A DNA stretch of 63,362 bases, counting the filler, from Trichomonas gallinae (taxonomy: Eukaryota): assembly GCA_008369845.1 (NCBI GenBank). It is 10 parts of 10 records of this genome, joined end to end, with 100 filler letters (N's around TTAATTAATTAA, not from the genome) between each part and the next. Parts side by side here need not be neighbours in the genome. Positions count along the whole stretch, not along the records: positions 24,791 to 34,263 come from MRSU01001543.1; positions 34,364 to 37,840 come from MRSU01001546.1; positions 37,941 to 44,122 come from MRSU01001548.1; positions 44,223 to 51,144 come from MRSU01001550.1; 6 more parts are not named here. One strand, 5' to 3'. Each line of letters opens with the position of its first letter. Positions within the stretch are counted from its first letter, which is position 1. The notes under the pieces are model-generated. The model was not told the DNA's origin. It ran no database searches and saw only the letters and a list, made by a program, of their open reading frames with translations. This document shows, one piece after another, positions 33,581-44,667 of the stretch. A program made the position numbers and the translations under genes.

Positions 33581-34263
33581 TTTTGAAAAATGATTTTTAA
33601 AAATTTTGTCACTTTTAAAATTTAGTCTCAATTTTTGAAAATTTTAAAATCATATTTAATATTATAAGTAGGGTGTTTTTTATTTATGAATTGTGTCACT
33701 TTTGATAACTCATAGATTTGCAAAATTATTTAAGAAATAGAACCATCATGGTATGAAAATTATTAATAATGTGGCACAACTTTTAATTGAAAAATGGGAG
33801 CAAAAAAAAATTCTTTGATTTTTGATTATTTCGATAGCATATATCATATCTTTTATGTTGTTAATCAGATTGAATTTTGAATGGTATGCTGCCAACTTGA
33901 AAAATTATCGTATAAAATTATTCATAAATCAATGTTAAATGAGAAAAAATGATATAGTTCTGAAAAATATAATTAAATTCTCCACTGTAAATATATCGAA
34001 AATATACAACTGATACTGGTATAAAATATAATGATAATATATTATAAATCATATGACTATTCTAAATTCAAATTTTAATTTAAAGTGAAAATAATCATAA
34101 GCTTCATATTTATATAAATAAATAAACTCAGCGAATCTATATAATTGGAAAAGTAGGTTTACATGTCAAATATTTTATTGTCAGAAGCTTGTTAATAATA
34201 TGTCATCTGGTGAACCTTATACAGCATTACGAATGAATCCTATTTCAGGAGAGAAACTGCAGC

Positions 34264-34363
34264 NNNNNNNNNNNNNNNNNNNNNNNNNNNNNNNNNNNNN
34301 NNNNNNNTTAATTAATTAANNNNNNNNNNNNNNNNNNNNNNNNNNNNNNNNNNNNNNNNNNNN
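34264..34363. other. Artificial contig-join spacer
   Basis: N44-TTAATTAATTAA-N44. Confidence 0.98.
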
Positions 34364-34740
34364 TTTTTTTCGTATTTTACAAAATTTTTACAAAAATAAT
34401 CGTCGCTTGGAAGATTGGTTTTTAGGCGTTTTTGCATTTTCCTTAGGTTCTTCCAAAGTGACATCCTTATTATATATGAGCTATATTTGATATATTTAAA
34501 ACATAAGAACAAAATCAAAAGAATTTTATCAAAGGAAAAAAAATTCATATGGCAACAATAGGAAATTATTTGTCCATTGAGCTAATAACTTTGTCTATTA
34601 ATATAATTTCTATATGAAATATCAAGTTTTAACGTAGAATTCATAAATAAATTTTTTTTTTTTTTTCACTGTGTAAATCTTTATATAAACATTTAACAAG
34701 CGTTTCATATTGATTGCATTTGACAAAATCATAAAATTTT

Positions 34741-35721
34741 ATGACAGCAATAATGAAAAAACAGCTTATTTCAAAAACACCAATGAATAAGAACGAAGAA
34801 CGCAAAAGATCAAGGCGAAAATCAAAGAAAGTGGAATGGATAACATTACAAACGAAATCTTACAAATCTCCAATAACAACTCCTAAAAAACTTTCACCAA
34901 GAGAAGTGAAACCTAAAAATACTATTCCTGAGAAGGTTTTCAGACCATTTACTCGTACAAATATCACATTTAATCGCGAAGAAATGACGATGTTGGAGCC
35001 AACTCCCGAATTTCAAGAGACATTAAAGTTATACAGATCACCATCGAAATTACTTCAGTTACAGAATACTATGCTCGAAAGAGAACAAGATAAAATCTTA
35101 ATTAGACAAGAATTAAAAGAAGAAAGAAAACCAAAAGAGAAAATAGAGAAATCAGACTCATTCATTTCGATTAATTTCAACGATGAAGACGAATTTATCA
35201 ATGCGGAAGCCTTAGACACTGATGATCTCAACGAAGAAAATGGAATTGAAAAATTTAATCCAACGGACGAATCAGCTCTAAAATATTTAAAGATTAGCGT
35301 ATGGGCGTGCTGTCATGAGCTTTATCCTGACTTTGAAACAAAAACGTATAATGAAATTAATGGAACAATGTATGAATCTAATCACAAAACAATGATAAGC
35401 ATAAGGCCATCAAATGGTAATAAAAAAGTAAGAAAAGCAATTCTAGATCACACAGAAGAAGGTGATCAATTAAATAGTTTCGCTCCTGAGCAAATTCTGA
35501 CTCCGGAACAGAGAATTGAGGAAAAGAAGATCAAAAATGATATGGCTGAAACGTACAGCGGACTCAAACTCAGAAGATTCATCGAAAGAAATGGACACAT
35601 TGCTCCAAGCTTCTTAGGTGATATTGATTTTACGAAAACAACTGCACCACCTAAAGCAAAACCAAATCTGCCGAAGTTAGCTCAACCGAAGAAAAATTTA
35701 GCGATGACTTCACCAATTTAA
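34741..35721 (+). CDS. Hypothetical protein
   Basis: 326-aa ORF with a basic N-terminus; no family recognised. Confidence 0.7.
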   Translation: MTAIMKKQLISKTPMNKNEERKRSRRKSKKVEWITLQTKSYKSPITTPKKLSPREVKPKNTIPEKVFRPFTRTNITFNREEMTMLEPTPEFQETLKLYRSPSKLLQLQNTMLEREQDKILIRQELKEERKPKEKIEKSDSFISINFNDEDEFINAEALDTDDLNEENGIEKFNPTDESALKYLKISVWACCHELYPDFETKTYNEINGTMYESNHKTMISIRPSNGNKKVRKAILDHTEEGDQLNSFAPEQILTPEQRIEEKKIKNDMAETYSGLKLRRFIERNGHIAPSFLGDIDFTKTTAPPKAKPNLPKLAQPKKNLAMTSPI

Positions 35722-36345
35722 TCTTTTAGATTATTTAATCATGTTTGTATGTAAATATTATACTATTAGTGACTGAATTCAAATTTAATATTAAATAAAC
35801 TTATTACCAAACAGATATAATAAAAGCTTGTAAAATATGATAGAAGAGCTAATTTAAAAGAGTTCAATATTCGATTTTTTTGAAATATTGAAATATTGAG
35901 TAAATTTTTAATGTGCAATTTATGTCATATCACTAATACAATATATGCTCTAATATTTCGGATGTATTTTAAAATAATTTATCGATTACCTTAGAAGAAT
36001 GTTTTAAACCAAAATTACTAGAATGATTACAATATATCAAAATTATTAAAGATTGTAATGGTTTTGTTTTGCTCCATTTTTTAGAATTCGTTGAATATGA
36101 ATGCAAAGAATGGGATAGAGACTGCTATTTGATGATATACTATATTAATATATCTTAAATATAGTTGTATTAGTAATTGCAGCAGTTATAAAAAGCAAAA
36201 TTCAACAAATTAAAAATAAACGTACAATTTTTAGGGTTTTGTAAATATCTTTAAAAATGAATTGGTGACAATCCCCTTTAAAAATAAAAAAGTATACGTC
36301 CCCCTGAAAATTTTAGCAAACCCCCGCCGTTTAATTTAATTTTTT

Positions 36346-37563
36346 ATGGATTCGCAACTGCCTAATTACAGCAAGACTCCTGAAAAAGACAAGATCATAC
36401 GATTTGCCTACAGGAAGGCTGCTGCTGAGCAGTTGTCTAAACTTGCAGTTTTCGATAGTGAAAAGTTCGTTAATTTATATGATACACCAGCAACACGCTT
36501 AGCTGCTGAGTTTGTTGCACAGTACATCAATAAGCATATGATGGGATTCACCGCTGATGCATTAGAGATTGAAACAAACAACCACGTCAGGCAAAAACAT
36601 TCTGAAAAATGGATATCTCACAGATTGAAACTTACTGATGGTGCAACGCTCATAGAACAGCTTAGAGCACCACCAATGACACACGATTCAATGTCAACAG
36701 CAACATCTACACCAACAAAACCGCCTTTATCTCCTCCTCCACAGAATTCTATATCTGTTACAGGTACAGAATCAACGCGTAAGATACACGTTAGAGTTAA
36801 AAAAGATAGAAATGGAAAATTAAAAGAAGATCCAAGAAAAATTGTTCAATCTAAGAAAGGATTTGATAGAATTAGCAGAAAAGATAGAGAAACGCTAATG
36901 CGAGAAACAAGAACAAATGAACTCACTACAGAAAAAATGATTTCAAATCAACCTTCAAAGAATAAACTTCCAACTCCACCTCCTGAGTTAATCTATAGGG
37001 AACTAGAAACAGATCTTGTCAATGAATCTAAAAACACTGCGAAAAATGAATCGTTATTTTCTAATAGTCCAAAGAAACCAGAACCCTCTCCAAGAGAGTT
37101 GTTTGAAAAGGCTCCTAATATTAAACCAAGAATGATGGATGCTGAAATAGAACCAGATACGATGCATCAACTTGAACCAACAGATAGAAGAACAATTAGA
37201 GAAGCAAGACCTACACTATCATTTGTAGCACGCATAAATCAACAGCTTGAACGTGAAGCATATGAGAGAAGCCAACAAATTGAAGAATTAAAGAGATTAA
37301 TCCAGCAAAAAGAGCACCAAGAGATTTTCCAGCAAGATATTTGTGATTCCAATCAGGCAAGCATTGAATCAGAACATTTCGAGTATTCAGATGAAGGATC
37401 AAAATTATCTCCAAGTTTATCGTCAAGATTGTCTAGAATCACTGATAATACACCTCCCACATCACCTGTTTCTGCAGCAAGCATGACTTTTCGTAAGAAA
37501 GTTGATCTTCGAAAACCAAAAGTTCAAAAGAAGGAATCTGACTATAGCGACTACTCATATTAA
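36346..37563 (+). CDS. Hypothetical protein with a LisH-like motif
   Basis: AAEFVAQYINKHMMGFTADALEIE resembles LisH; the remainder is Pro/Ser-rich and likely disordered. Confidence 0.7.
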   Translation: MDSQLPNYSKTPEKDKIIRFAYRKAAAEQLSKLAVFDSEKFVNLYDTPATRLAAEFVAQYINKHMMGFTADALEIETNNHVRQKHSEKWISHRLKLTDGATLIEQLRAPPMTHDSMSTATSTPTKPPLSPPPQNSISVTGTESTRKIHVRVKKDRNGKLKEDPRKIVQSKKGFDRISRKDRETLMRETRTNELTTEKMISNQPSKNKLPTPPPELIYRELETDLVNESKNTAKNESLFSNSPKKPEPSPRELFEKAPNIKPRMMDAEIEPDTMHQLEPTDRRTIREARPTLSFVARINQQLEREAYERSQQIEELKRLIQQKEHQEIFQQDICDSNQASIESEHFEYSDEGSKLSPSLSSRLSRITDNTPPTSPVSAASMTFRKKVDLRKPKVQKKESDYSDYSY

Positions 37564-37763
37564 TAATAAAACTGTTTGTATTTTAATTTTTATAGAGATA
37601 TAACAACTTTATTTATCAGCAACTAATTAATTAATATTTTATTAAGCATATATTAGAGTTTATCTTCACGTCGTTATGAATCATAAATTAGCAAATGATA
37701 AAAAAAATTCAAAAAAATGGTATATTTAAATCTTAAAATATATTATGAAGTAGCATTTGGAAA

Positions 37764-37837
37764 TCCTCCCTAACTCAGTTGGTTAGAGTGTCAGACTGTT
37801 AATCTGGAAGTCGTGTGTTCGATCCACACGGGAGGAG
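37764..37837 (+). tRNA. tRNA-Asn (GTT)
   Basis: Acceptor stem TCCTCCC/GGGAGGA plus G; D arm ACTC/GAGT; anticodon arm TCAGA-CT-GTT-AA-TCTGG (anticodon 37798-37800); T arm GTGTG-TTCGATC-CACAC. The contig ends 3 nt later. Confidence 0.96.
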
Positions 37838-37840
37838 ATT

Positions 37841-37940
37841 NNNNNNNNNNNNNNNNNNNNNNNNNNNNNNNNNNNNNNNNNNNNTTAATTAATTAANNNN
37901 NNNNNNNNNNNNNNNNNNNNNNNNNNNNNNNNNNNNNNNN
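37841..37940. other. Artificial contig-join spacer
   Basis: N44-TTAATTAATTAA-N44. Confidence 0.98.
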
Positions 37941-40295
37941 TTATTTTGGAGCGCTGTGATGTCCAAAAATGTCACATTAGAAGACATACGATCATTTATC
38001 GCACAGAAAACGATATTCTCGCATCTATTTTCTAATATTTCGATATTTACTGATGTTATTTTTGAAAATCCTCCAAAATATGCATGTGATGCTTCAATAC
38101 CGCAAATAGCAGCTATTGTTGAGCAAATACTAATCTCATTTCCTGAATACGCAGATGGTTACGTAGAACAAATTTTATCTTATGCATTAAACGGTCCAAA
38201 CTTCGGTTCGTCAGTATCACAACTAACTTTAGTATCTACTGAATCACCTGCAATTTCAAAAAATGTTTTATCAATTGATGAACTTTTATGTGATTCATTA
38301 AAAATGCATCTTACAGCTCTACAAACAATATGCTACATTATAGCAAAGTCATCACCACCAGAATCTTTGCCAGTACTTTATATATCAATACAAAAAAGAT
38401 TATTTCATCATTCTCAAGTATTAGTGCAAGCAGGTGTTAGTATGGCTTTCCATTTTTGCAGACTTAAACGAGATGATACAAATGAAATGGCTCATTGGGT
38501 TCTAAGGTCAATGGAAACAAATGCATTAATTCTGAAACCTTCAATTCTACTTTCAGTTGTAGATTTGTTTTATATATTAGACAAGGATATATTCTATCTA
38601 GATAGTTTTGCTTCATTCGCAGTTCGTCTTTTAGATTCATATAAAGCTGTTGCTTACATGAAAATAGCTCAAAATAGCTGTTTACCTTACTCAAGTAATC
38701 CAGGTTTTGTCGTTCAAATTGACTCAATATCAACAGTTTATCAAGCCGAATTAATTGGTGAACTTTTAATGTTAATATACAACATTAAACGAATTGTAAA
38801 GGCAAATAACATACATTCTGTTATATTAGACAACTTAGTAAGCAGTAATGCGTTTACTTTTCTCGATTCATTCAAAACCATTCGATTTTTAATGCCAACA
38901 GACTTTGAGAAATTGGAAAATGTACAATTAATAGAAGTTGCTTCAAGGCCTATGATCAAACAATCAATTCTCGCACGTCCTGCAATTTATTCAATATTAT
39001 GTAGATCAAAACCCAGTAAAGAAGATAGAGAACCATTTATTGAGATCCTCAGCATAATTTACGACATATATCGAGCTTATCCAAACATTTCAACAAAAAT
39101 TTATAAAGAATATTGGCCAGAATTAACTCAATTCTCACCAGAATACATAACATACACACTAGAAAACGAAGATTTTGATTTTCCAGATGATTTATTCTTT
39201 GTTTCATTAATATTCAAAAGTTTATATGAGTTATTCGTCGAAGAAGTGCAAAATCACAGATTCTTCTTTGATGATAGATTCATTTATATCAGAGAATCTA
39301 TACCAGATTCAGTTATTACAAAAATATTAATAATTTGCACGAATTTAATAAATTTGATCAAAGAAAGTGACAGGTCGAAAGATCAAGCTATGATAACTGA
39401 TGCTGTGAACATTGCAGCCAATGGATTCGATTTTATAACAACTTGTTTAATATCAGGAAAAAAAATCGAAACTGACTTCATGGATGTCTTATATCCAATT
39501 ATATCTGACTGTTATGATGTTGGAATTGCAGTTAGAATAATATTTTTAGGATATCATCTGAAAATCGACAGAAAACTGCTTGTTAACGTGTCTAAAGAGA
39601 TACAGTTGGCCAAGTTTATTAGTGATCTCGTTGAACACGACGCTATTTATCCATTTGGACTTTTTAATATCGAAACAATTGTCAATCCAAAGGAAAAGAA
39701 CTCAAACTGGCGTGCATTGATTTATTTAACGCTAATGACAGATGATTTTGATGAGTTTTATGATATAATGTATAATTACATCGATTTAATACATGCAAAA
39801 ACTCTTCCAATGTATTTTGGCGTGACATTATCAGATATTTTAGCATTTAGAGCCACAGAATTCAATGAGAGAGTTGCTAGCATTGCGCTGCTTGCTTTGG
39901 AGATCACAAAGATCATTTTTGTTGATGATGTAGTAATCTTTGAAGTTTTGTGGCGCTTAGTTGAAGCAATCTCAAAAATATTAACTAAAGTTGATCCACC
40001 GAAACAAGTTGGACAGTTTGCTGCTGTTTTGGAAAGGCAATTGCAGCAAATTGGCCAAATGAAATATAAATCAACAAAATTTATTTGTTACAAGAGGCTT
40101 TCGGTTTCGGTGAGTAGAATGAAGAAAATCAACAAAATTGAACCGGTTAATGAAGAAGATGAAGCAGAAATGCTTAAATTATTCCAAATTTCAGATGAAT
40201 CAAGCGAAGAAGACTTTGAAGCATCTTCTCTTAGTTCAGAATCATCAAGTGATGTTTCTGAAGTTGATTCATACTCCAGTCCTGCCTCTGAATAA
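37941..40295 (+). CDS. Large helical hypothetical protein, possibly 5'-truncated by the gap
   Basis: The frame is open from the first base after the spacer (TTA TTT TGG AGC GCT GTG ATG); first ATG 37959; acidic Ser-rich C-terminus. Confidence 0.7.
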   Translation, partial: LFWSAVMSKNVTLEDIRSFIAQKTIFSHLFSNISIFTDVIFENPPKYACDASIPQIAAIVEQILISFPEYADGYVEQILSYALNGPNFGSSVSQLTLVSTESPAISKNVLSIDELLCDSLKMHLTALQTICYIIAKSSPPESLPVLYISIQKRLFHHSQVLVQAGVSMAFHFCRLKRDDTNEMAHWVLRSMETNALILKPSILLSVVDLFYILDKDIFYLDSFASFAVRLLDSYKAVAYMKIAQNSCLPYSSNPGFVVQIDSISTVYQAELIGELLMLIYNIKRIVKANNIHSVILDNLVSSNAFTFLDSFKTIRFLMPTDFEKLENVQLIEVASRPMIKQSILARPAIYSILCRSKPSKEDREPFIEILSIIYDIYRAYPNISTKIYKEYWPELTQFSPEYITYTLENEDFDFPDDLFFVSLIFKSLYELFVEEVQNHRFFFDDRFIYIRESIPDSVITKILIICTNLINLIKESDRSKDQAMITDAVNIAANGFDFITTCLISGKKIETDFMDVLYPIISDCYDVGIAVRIIFLGYHLKIDRKLLVNVSKEIQLAKFISDLVEHDAIYPFGLFNIETIVNPKEKNSNWRALIYLTLMTDDFDEFYDIMYNYIDLIHAKTLPMYFGVTLSDILAFRATEFNERVASIALLALEITKIIFVDDVVIFEVLWRLVEAISKILTKVDPPKQVGQFAAVLERQLQQIGQMKYKSTKFICYKRLSVSVSRMKKINKIEPVNEEDEAEMLKLFQISDESSEEDFEASSLSSESSSDVSEVDSYSSPASE

Positions 40296-41429
40296 TTTTT
40301 ATTATATTTTTTGTTTGTAATATTATAAATTGTTTGTATGTATTTTTATAACAGCCGGTGTTTTATGTTTATAACACAGTTCCTGAAAATTCCGGCGTAC
40401 TTTTTCTCTCCAAAGAAAAATAATTTTAAAAAAAGGAGAAGGAACATAAATGGTGAATATTTAGTTAGTAAGAATAATAACAATAACAACATAGAACATA
40501 GAAGAGTGATTTTGGAGGGAATTAAGCAGGGAAATGCAAACTTGGATTCGCAATTATAGGTTTATAAGTCTTGAAATAGCGGTGGCTAGATACTACATTA
40601 TCTTAGGCGCAGTAAGAATGACAAGCGGATAGAGAATCTCAGAGATTATTTATTGTTTTGTCACTGTACCTTTTTTCATGAAAAAATGCAACCCATATAT
40701 TTCACGGAGCAATGTTCTAGCGAATAACGCTTTTCATTGAAACATTTTGATGCGATAAATTTGACAGATGAATGACCTTTTTTCATTTTTCTTCTTCTCA
40801 TTTTTGCAAATTTTCTCAGCTTATCATACACTCTGATTCTGCTCCTTCAGATGTTTGGCATCTTTATTATACGATGATCAACCTTCTTCAAAACCTATTA
40901 AAGGCCGAAATCCAAGAGTTTCTGCAACAAACAACAAGATCTTCGTTTTTCTTAGTAAATTCGAGGATACACGACAAAGAATTAATATATCTGATAGCGA
41001 ATATGAAATATTACACAGCGAATGCACATTTTACAAAAATAATCTACCGATTAAAACTAAAAGAAGTTAGGATATTAGTTTTGCTCTTAGTGTTAATTAG
41101 ATATCCTGCACACTGAATAAGGTAATCACATTAAATTTGTCGTGTAAAATTTGATAAATGACATGTAATGCGTAAGATTTTTTGAGAGAAAATTCAGTAC
41201 AAATATTTTATCAGTAAAATCGATTTTGTTGAGGTAGTAGATAATACTTCACAAGGAAGATAAGAAAACTGACATTGCTATCAAAAAGTGACTACAATTT
41301 GAGAGAAAATTTGACAAAATTCTGAGGAATGAGTAATAATGTGCTTAATATCAGCTTTGCATAATTATATAAAAATTTTAAAATTTTTGATTGAATATAA
41401 ACGTACTTTTTCTTCTATTGAATACATAA

Positions 41430-42287
41430 ATGACTAAGTTTTTCCACGAAACTTTAGGTCTCTTTAATAAAATGCGGCCAGAATTGAACGAATTCCGCAT
41501 CTCAAACGCATTGATGAAAGCAGCAGAGATAAAGGTTAAAAACATCAAAAACCAGCAAAATGTTAAACCAAAATTACCAAGATCTCTACAATTATACAAA
41601 ACAATTGAAATATTATTGGACAATATCATTGGTGATGACTTTTTACAGTTCACAAATCAGCTACGCAAAGAATTTGATAGAAATTTTATTAATGTTCACA
41701 ATGCTGATATTGATCGTATTGGTTTCTACATAGATATCGATGAAACACAAACAAATAATGCTAATACAAAGCGCAAATTAATCGCATACATATTTTTGGC
41801 CTCGAGAAGATTAAATATTCTCAAAGATCAAATACTAAGAGAGAATTATGCGTGTCTTAGCAACTACACTAGCAAGCCAGAGCCCAGATTATCTGACGAT
41901 TTCAGTGATTTGAAGAACACACTCAACGAATTTAGGGATTTCAATAAATCACAGCCAAAGCTATTACTAGACGCAGGAAGATCTCAATCTAGCACTAAAT
42001 TCATACTACCAAAGAGTGATTCCGGCAGTTTATCTGACGATGATACGTTTTCATTTGAAACAAGTCAGCAAAGTCAGCCAATTCTCTCTTTTAAGACCCC
42101 ACAAAAGATAGGGTTATCTGTATCAGCGTCAGCTTTCAGTGATGTCAGCTCAAATAAACGAAAACCAAAATCTAAGACAATGGACTTAACAAATATCATT
42201 AGTAAGACTAGAAGCATTAATCTAAATCAAAAACTTGTTGCGTTCAAGGATAATGATGATGACGATTTGCATCATTTCGATTTTTAG
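41430..42287 (+). CDS. Hypothetical protein
   Basis: 285-aa ORF; no family recognised. Confidence 0.65.
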   Translation: MTKFFHETLGLFNKMRPELNEFRISNALMKAAEIKVKNIKNQQNVKPKLPRSLQLYKTIEILLDNIIGDDFLQFTNQLRKEFDRNFINVHNADIDRIGFYIDIDETQTNNANTKRKLIAYIFLASRRLNILKDQILRENYACLSNYTSKPEPRLSDDFSDLKNTLNEFRDFNKSQPKLLLDAGRSQSSTKFILPKSDSGSLSDDDTFSFETSQQSQPILSFKTPQKIGLSVSASAFSDVSSNKRKPKSKTMDLTNIISKTRSINLNQKLVAFKDNDDDDLHHFDF

Positions 42288-42677
42288 CAAAAACTACTCT
42301 AATTTGCTGCATTATAGGCCCATAGCTTTCACTTGGCTGATGAAATAGCCAGAAATTCAAAATATATTTAAATCAAATTCCAAAACTCAAATCATGTCAA
42401 TTTGTTATTACTATTACAGGATAAATTCCTGTAGATGGTATATTATGACTTCTTATTGGTCTATTGCATTAATATTATTTTATATTTTTATTTAGGAAAG
42501 ATTCAATCACTGTGAATTTGTAATAATAAAATTTCCATGCATATATTTAATTATACATGTTATTTTTGAACCAAATCTAATAATTGAAGCGTCAAGGAAA
42601 ATATTTCAGTATATTTTAAAGATTTATATATATTTAGGTATATATTTTTCAAATAGAAGAGTTCTAAGTTCATTTTT

Positions 42678-43878
42678 ATGTCTGTTTACAACCCTGATCA
42701 ACTCATCATTTATCTCTTTGCAGGAATTGGCTCATCGGCCGTATTATATACCATAGGTTCTGCTATTGCTCGCTCTGTACGCATAAAACGAAGACAGTTC
42801 ATCAGCTTTATTACTTATTTTTTATTTTATTCAATTTTTGAAGCCGGAATTCAAAGTTTAGAGTCATTTGTCTACTACACATATCTCTTACATGGATTTT
42901 CTATCAGCACAATTGCACAATTAGTCACCTCTCAGTACTTTTTTCGAGAATCTCGCACAAATTTACTCGAATAAGCTGATTAAAGCTAGTGGACACAAAC
43001 TATCATACGTTTTAGCATGTACTCTTGCATTACTAGGAACTTTATTACGATTTTTCCCAGAAATATGGATTATTTTGATATCAAATATTTTAATTTCAAT
43101 AAGCAAACCACTAATTAAACACATAAATAGAGATTTCCTTATTACTCAAATGCAACATGAGCAAAAGCCTCGTACTTGGATGATGTTTTTAATGAGAATC
43201 TTTCGAACAATTTTATACTTATTTGTTTTCAACGTTCAATATCTAATTTGGAAGTATAGCAACTACGATGTTCTTACAATATACTTATGCTGCGCATTTG
43301 TCCTGTTTGCAGCATATTTACCAGTTTTCTTGATTCCTCAAAAGATACTAGAATATGAGCAAATCGAAAATGAAAAACCTACAGAAAACAAGTATGCAAT
43401 TATGATGTCGATGTGTGAAACAATATTTTCTGGATTGATTTTGTCGAGAATTCGATTTTTCATTAGAGAAAAGTATATTTACAATCTGCCTTATCTACAA
43501 GGGCTTATTCTGCTATGCATGGACTTAGGATCTTATTTCATAAGAAATGCAGTCGCTTTTCTGCATCCAAAATATTTTATTCCAGTAATTTCATTAATAT
43601 TGATTCTATTCATGCATTTGTTGGCTATTTTCACTAATGCTGCTGATGTTTCGATTATAATTCTTTGTTTCATTGTATTTTTCCATCAATGCTTGAAAGT
43701 TCTTACAGATAATGAAAATATCCCGCCAAAAGCTAACCTAGCCGGCATGATATTAGGATCTATCATCATTCTTGTATTACAAGAAATGCACCCCGAAATT
43801 AATATTCATGTGGCAGAAATAGTAATGCTCTTATTGAACATGTTCTCTATCATGTCTGTTTTGGATTCTTCTCAATAA
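42678..43878 (+). CDS. Divergent MFS transporter (MFSD5/MOT2-like) split by one +1 frameshift
   Basis: Removing one T from the T6 run at 42939-42944 fuses the 98-aa and 267-aa ORFs into 399 aa with many TM segments. HGFS.STIAQL...KLIKASGHKLSYVL resembles the MFSD5 N-terminal region. Inr TCATT at 42670. Confidence 0.7.
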
Positions 43879-44042
43879 TTTATTTGTAAATATAATATTT
43901 ATATCTTGATATTTTGAATTTCAAAAATCAAGTCTAATACAATATTTAATGAAGGAACTCATGTAAAATGAATGGATATTTTTCAACAGATATTAGTTAA
44001 TAAAAAAGTTTATTGTCCAATTCCGGAAAATGATATAGGCAC

Positions 44043-44299
44043 TTAAGGGATGGCTCAACCGTTTTTTTCTCGGGCCTAAAAAACAGGGTCTATCAGCCCC
44101 CCATGTTTGCTTTTGTACGTCCNNNNNNNNNNNNNNNNNNNNNNNNNNNNNNNNNNNNNNNNNNNNTTAATTAATTAANNNNNNNNNNNNNNNNNNNNNN
44201 NNNNNNNNNNNNNNNNNNNNNNGGCTCAAAATTGTAAGCGCAAGTTCTAAAATTTAAAGCAGGGGCATTCAAAAAGTGAGTATGTCGGTCGACCCTTAA
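44043..44299. mobile_element. Putative TTAA-targeting (Kolobok-like) element spanning an assembly gap
   Basis: Left TTAA|GGG (44043-44049) and right CCC|TTAA (44293-44299), with GC-richer flanks on both sides of the spacer. Confidence 0.5.
44123..44222. other. Artificial contig-join spacer
   Basis: N44-TTAATTAATTAA-N44. Confidence 0.98.
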
Positions 44300-44667
44300 G
44301 ATGCTTTATTAAATTTTATTTTTGATCTTCTTTTTAATATTATGATTAGTTTAAGTATTTGCAATAAAATATATATTCATTCTCCTTATATCATGATATC
44401 AAATCATCAAATTTTGGATTGTGTATACATCATCTATGCTAAACAATTATAATGCATATACATGACAAAATGTCATGTCTTTTATATAATATTTTTCTTG
44501 AAATAAAAAAAAATTCGAAATATGCTGTGCTACATGCTGAACATCCCCCTATTTACACTAAAATCAACAGTGACAGTATCCAAAATATGCAAAATCGCTC
44601 TGAAAAAAACTAAATATGTTTGATGTAAAGAAAAAATTCGTTGCTAAAAAATTATGTCACTTTTCAA

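Noticed and set aside
40338..41116. Short ORFs, or a possible LTR-like segment
   Set aside because: Low-complexity or overlapping ORFs with no motifs and no second copy in the window.
42334..42358. Hammerhead ribozyme (CTGATGA...GAAA)
   Set aside because: The intervening AATAGCCA cannot form stem II, and stems I/III are not evident.
42924..42948. 25-nt GT...AG intron to repair the MFSD5-like frameshift
   Set aside because: No CTAAC branch point, and splicing would delete 8 residues from a segment that aligns without gaps under the single-base model.
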